Below are positions 25,861-26,563 of a DNA stretch of 26,563 nucleotides, piece after piece. This DNA is from a virus (Duplodnaviria; Caudoviricetes): positions 1-26,563 of IMG/VR virus record IMGVR_UViG_3300028145_000042; one strand, given 5' to 3'. Every line of letters begins with the position of its first letter. The stretch's first letter is position 1. The position numbers and the translations under genes were made by a program. Below the pieces are notes generated by a model. It did not search any database, had not been told where the DNA came from, and saw nothing but the letters and a program-made list of their open reading frames with translations.

Positions 25861-26118
25861 TTATTTCAACTTGCCGAAACTTTCGATTGCGTCAATCTGC
25901 ACATACCATTGTTCGGGCAATTCCTGCGCGTCTTTCCATTTCTTGTCGCCAAACGGCCCCGTTTCGTAGACCACAGCGGCAGAAGTCAGCAGCACACAGG
26001 TTTCATTCACGCCCGACAGTATCCCGGTGTAGATGTAGTTCGCGCAGAAAATGGTAACGCGCTCGCCCAACAGTTTTTCCAGTCCTTCGCCTTCCACTTC
26101 GGTTACGATTTTCTTCAT
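25861..26118 (-). CDS. Small beta-barrel (Sm/LSm-like) phage protein
   Basis: LLGERVTIFC.NYIYTG.L.GVN...VLL..A..V...YVQ..AIESF pattern; GAAAGGA RBS. Confidence 0.6.
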   Translation of the reverse strand: MKKIVTEVEGEGLEKLLGERVTIFCANYIYTGILSGVNETCVLLTSAAVVYETGPFGDKKWKDAQELPEQWYVQIDAIESFGKLK

Positions 26119-26170
26119 TTTCTTCCTTTCAGTTGTTGATAAAACACTCAGGATTCATGAGTCAAGCGGC

Positions 26171-26530
26171 TTATCCGATGGTCAGAATTGCCGGATTGAC
26201 GGTCGCGCCGGATTTGTCCATTTCAGCGGCTTTGGATTCGTCTTTCACGTATTCGCGGTTGTGCCATGCCCGCAGTTGATCGCCATGCTCCCAAAATTTT
26301 GAAAGCCCACTTACCGCAGCGCCATACATGAAGCCGGTTATTCCGTCCGTGTCAGCAGCGCGACTTGTGGCCTCGGCGCACTCCTTGACTGTTGACCCGC
26401 TGGCAATTGCCGCCTCCATCAGATTCGCCCAGTCCTCGCCGTAGGTAACGCAGCGATTGCTGTAGGGGTCGTCTTTGTTGATTGCTTGATAGTCTGCGTA
26501 TTCCTTTTCCAGCCCTTGTTTAATCTGCAT
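26171..26530 (-). CDS. Conserved hypothetical phage protein (119 aa)
   Basis: AAGGAG RBS; GITGFMYG.AV..L...W.HG..L..WHN motif. Confidence 0.65.
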   Translation of the reverse strand: MQIKQGLEKEYADYQAINKDDPYSNRCVTYGEDWANLMEAAIASGSTVKECAEATSRAADTDGITGFMYGAAVSGLSKFWEHGDQLRAWHNREYVKDESKAAEMDKSGATVNPAILTIG

Positions 26531-26563
26531 GATTTTCTCCTTGGTTAGTGTTCCAGATAAAGC

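Noticed and set aside
25375-26057. ORF-track calls through the hexamer repeat (ER-repeat 25375..25845 -, SR-repeat 25535..25852 +, AP-repeat 25683..26057 +)
   Set aside because: A stop-free hexamer repeat opens several frames. Only the 25859 ATG frame is coupled to the upstream gene and co-oriented with a proper start.
1-26563. Genome-wide TAG recoding (alternative genetic code)
   Set aside because: All long genes are intact in the standard code, and TAG acts as a plausible stop at 9406 and 19105. Only one small ORF has an internal TAG.

Overview
Fragment of a tailed dsDNA phage or prophage genome with a P22/podovirus-like gene order. The lambda-R-type endolysin and Rz/Rz1 spanins imply a Gram-negative host. 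Positions 1-20935 form one tightly coupled + strand late operon. It opens with a ~10 kb nucleotide-sugar/glycosylation cluster: two radical SAM enzymes, four glycosyltransferase-like genes, Gmd, a ColD-type 3-dehydratase and a split transketolase pair. This runs directly into an HNH gene, the head-tail adaptor, a gp10-like nozzle apparently split around two Ig-like domains, three ejection proteins, a frameshifted tail fibre and the lysis cassette. Positions 20937-26563 are on the - strand: a 144-nt tRNA-shaped RNA whose anticodon arm is replaced by two hairpins (with its own extended -10 promoter), then small early genes (DUF1364-like nuclease, SSB-like, ERF), a densely structured ~300 bp non-coding segment and a (G/R/W)S repeat peptide. 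The best candidates for new biology are (1) a phage-encoded pathway for a C4-branched 3,6-dideoxy sugar, probably decorating the virion, and (2) the anticodon-less tRNA-like RNA. All family assignments come from motif recognition by eye, with no database searches.
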